A stretch of 64,000 nucleotides of DNA from the NCBI RefSeq assembly GCF_001194135.2, contig NC_068981.1:144780236-144844235 (forward strand). Direction: 5' to 3'. A model generated the notes under the pieces. It saw nothing but the letters and a program-made list of their open reading frames with translations, did not search any database and was not told the origin of the DNA. This document shows, piece by piece, positions 62,266-64,000 of the stretch. Position numbers and translations under genes: made by a program. This DNA comes from Octopus bimaculoides. Its lineage: Eukaryota. Position 1 is the first letter of the stretch; every line of letters begins with the position of its first letter.

Positions 62266-62975
62266 CATTTTGCTGCCAGGGTGCATTTACACATACATTC
62301 AACTTCTACAAGGAAGATATAAAAATGTGTGAGGGAAGGCAATATATTAAATCATGCTGAAGATTTTTAAATTACACAAAATAGCACAAATTAACTAGAA
62401 GATTATCTAAAACACAAACACTCCAATTATTTTTCAAATGTGTCTCGATTTTTTTTTTTTTTTTTTTTTTTTTTTTNNNNNNNNNNNNNNNNNNNNNNNN
62501 NNNNNNNNNNNNNNNNNNNNNNNNNNNNNNNNNNNNNNNNNNNNNNNNNNTTACTTATTTTCATCTCACCAACAAGACGCTTCGCCTTCTAGTTTCTTTC
62601 ATCATTTCTATGAGGAAAGTATTTGAACAACACGCAACTGAAAAACGTGTCCTGAGAAATGGAGAAATGGCTATACCACATGCTACTTACTTTAACTTGC
62701 AATAGACTTCTTTTTGTTTTTGTTTTTTTTTTTGCTACCTCTTGTACTTATTCCGAAAGTCTGCAATCCCATCTTGTTGCCCAAGTCTTATCAACCACAC
62801 TCCAAGCTGAACCTGATGATGCGAACGATGGTACAGTAACCTCCTGCACTCAATCTTGATGGTAGTGCTTTTGCTGCAATTCACTATACTCTATCTTTTC
62901 TGCCCTTCCTTTTCCTCTCTCTATCTCCCTATCTCTCTTTCTCTCTCTCTCTCGCACTCTGATTTTACCTTATAG

Positions 62976-63104
62976 GAGCGAAAATCCTTCAAGGAACGCT
63001 AAAACAAGTATAGCAGCCAGGGACAGCCAGTCGTATTCCTTTTATTCTGCACCCATAATAGAGTATCTCAACGCCAAAGCCAGTAGTTTTCGGACTCTCT
63101 CTAG
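62976..63104 (+). other. Candidate 129-nt symmetric cassette exon (unverified)
   Basis: Long pyrimidine tract with ttaccttatAG acceptor and ctctAG|GTATGA donor; only one of three frames is open; the peptide is not recognised. Confidence 0.2.
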
Positions 63105-64000
63105 GTATGATTTAATCTTGAAACCTCCCGACCCTATGCCATTTCTCGTATCCTCTTCCTTCACAGTTTTCTATCATTACGTTGCAAATTTACAAATGTG
63201 GCAAAGCGTGAAGGACTAATATCAACACTAATGCCCTTGATTTCAAGGTTTATTTTGCGCTGGCCCGTGTATAAGCTGGCGTGAGTAGCATAAGATTTGC
63301 TTATCACTCGGCATCAGCACCGATTATATATTTTCCTGCACCCTGCGCTGATACATGATTTTTCATCTTAGCCACTGTTGTACAAATTCTTCAGATAAGC
63401 AAATACATGTTTTATGAGACAGAACTTTCAGTTTTATCATAACGATTATACTTGCTTTTATGCTGGAATTTGTCTATGTCAGCAATTTTTTGGAGGAGGT
63501 AAAAATGCATGTAAAACTGCTCGTAAAGCTACTAACGTCTACGCTTGAGTGTGCGTGAAGTGGTCTGTGTGTGCGCATGTGTATGTGTGGAGTGGCCTGT
63601 GTGTGTGCACGTGTGTGTTTGTGTGTGGAGTGGTCTGTGTGTGAATGTGTGTGTGTGTGTGTATGAGTCTTTGTGTGTAAGTGTTTTTTGTTGTAGCTGT
63701 TAATTCTTTTGCTTACCTCTTCGCTCTCAATGTTTAATTTTATATTATCGTTATTTGTTAGAAAATTATTATTTCACTGCCTGTGTCACTTCAGTGTTGT
63801 AAACCGTTCTGTTTGTTTCTTTTGATATGTATATATGCGCCAATATTTTGTGTCTTTAGAAATGTTTGATCGTGGACATATTTGTTTATCTTCATGCTAC
63901 CATCAATGTGTTGAATAACTCTTTCGGCAACCCAATATAAACAACATATGCTGCATTATAGCTCCACAAAACCAACGGGATTCAACAATGTCTCTTTTTG

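Overview
AT-rich, microsatellite-saturated animal genomic DNA with about 14 N-gaps, mostly abutting microsatellites. The repeat content looks like an octopus (cephalopod) assembly; this is my inference and has not been database-checked. No intact protein-coding gene can be supported, so the window is best read as intronic or intergenic. It is dominated by several tRNA-headed SINE families (many copies, some with clear target-site duplications), two decayed Tc1/mariner transposons, a mariner-derived MITE, an R4/Dong-like LINE fragment, a Penelope-like (PLE) GIY-YIG endonuclease fragment and fainter LINE remnants. The most interesting signal is a set of hammerhead-ribozyme-like motifs. Two minimal type I hammerheads sit in the arms of a ~320-bp inverted repeat (6851-7650), two degenerate copies of a second hammerhead-like design lie at 32052 and 45811, and a compact type III-like fold with a one-base core insertion lies at 50786. 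There are also several fold-back hairpins at repeat junctions and a SINE whose tRNA head is split by a ~240-bp insert. Family names are by-eye recall, and SINE boundaries are approximate.
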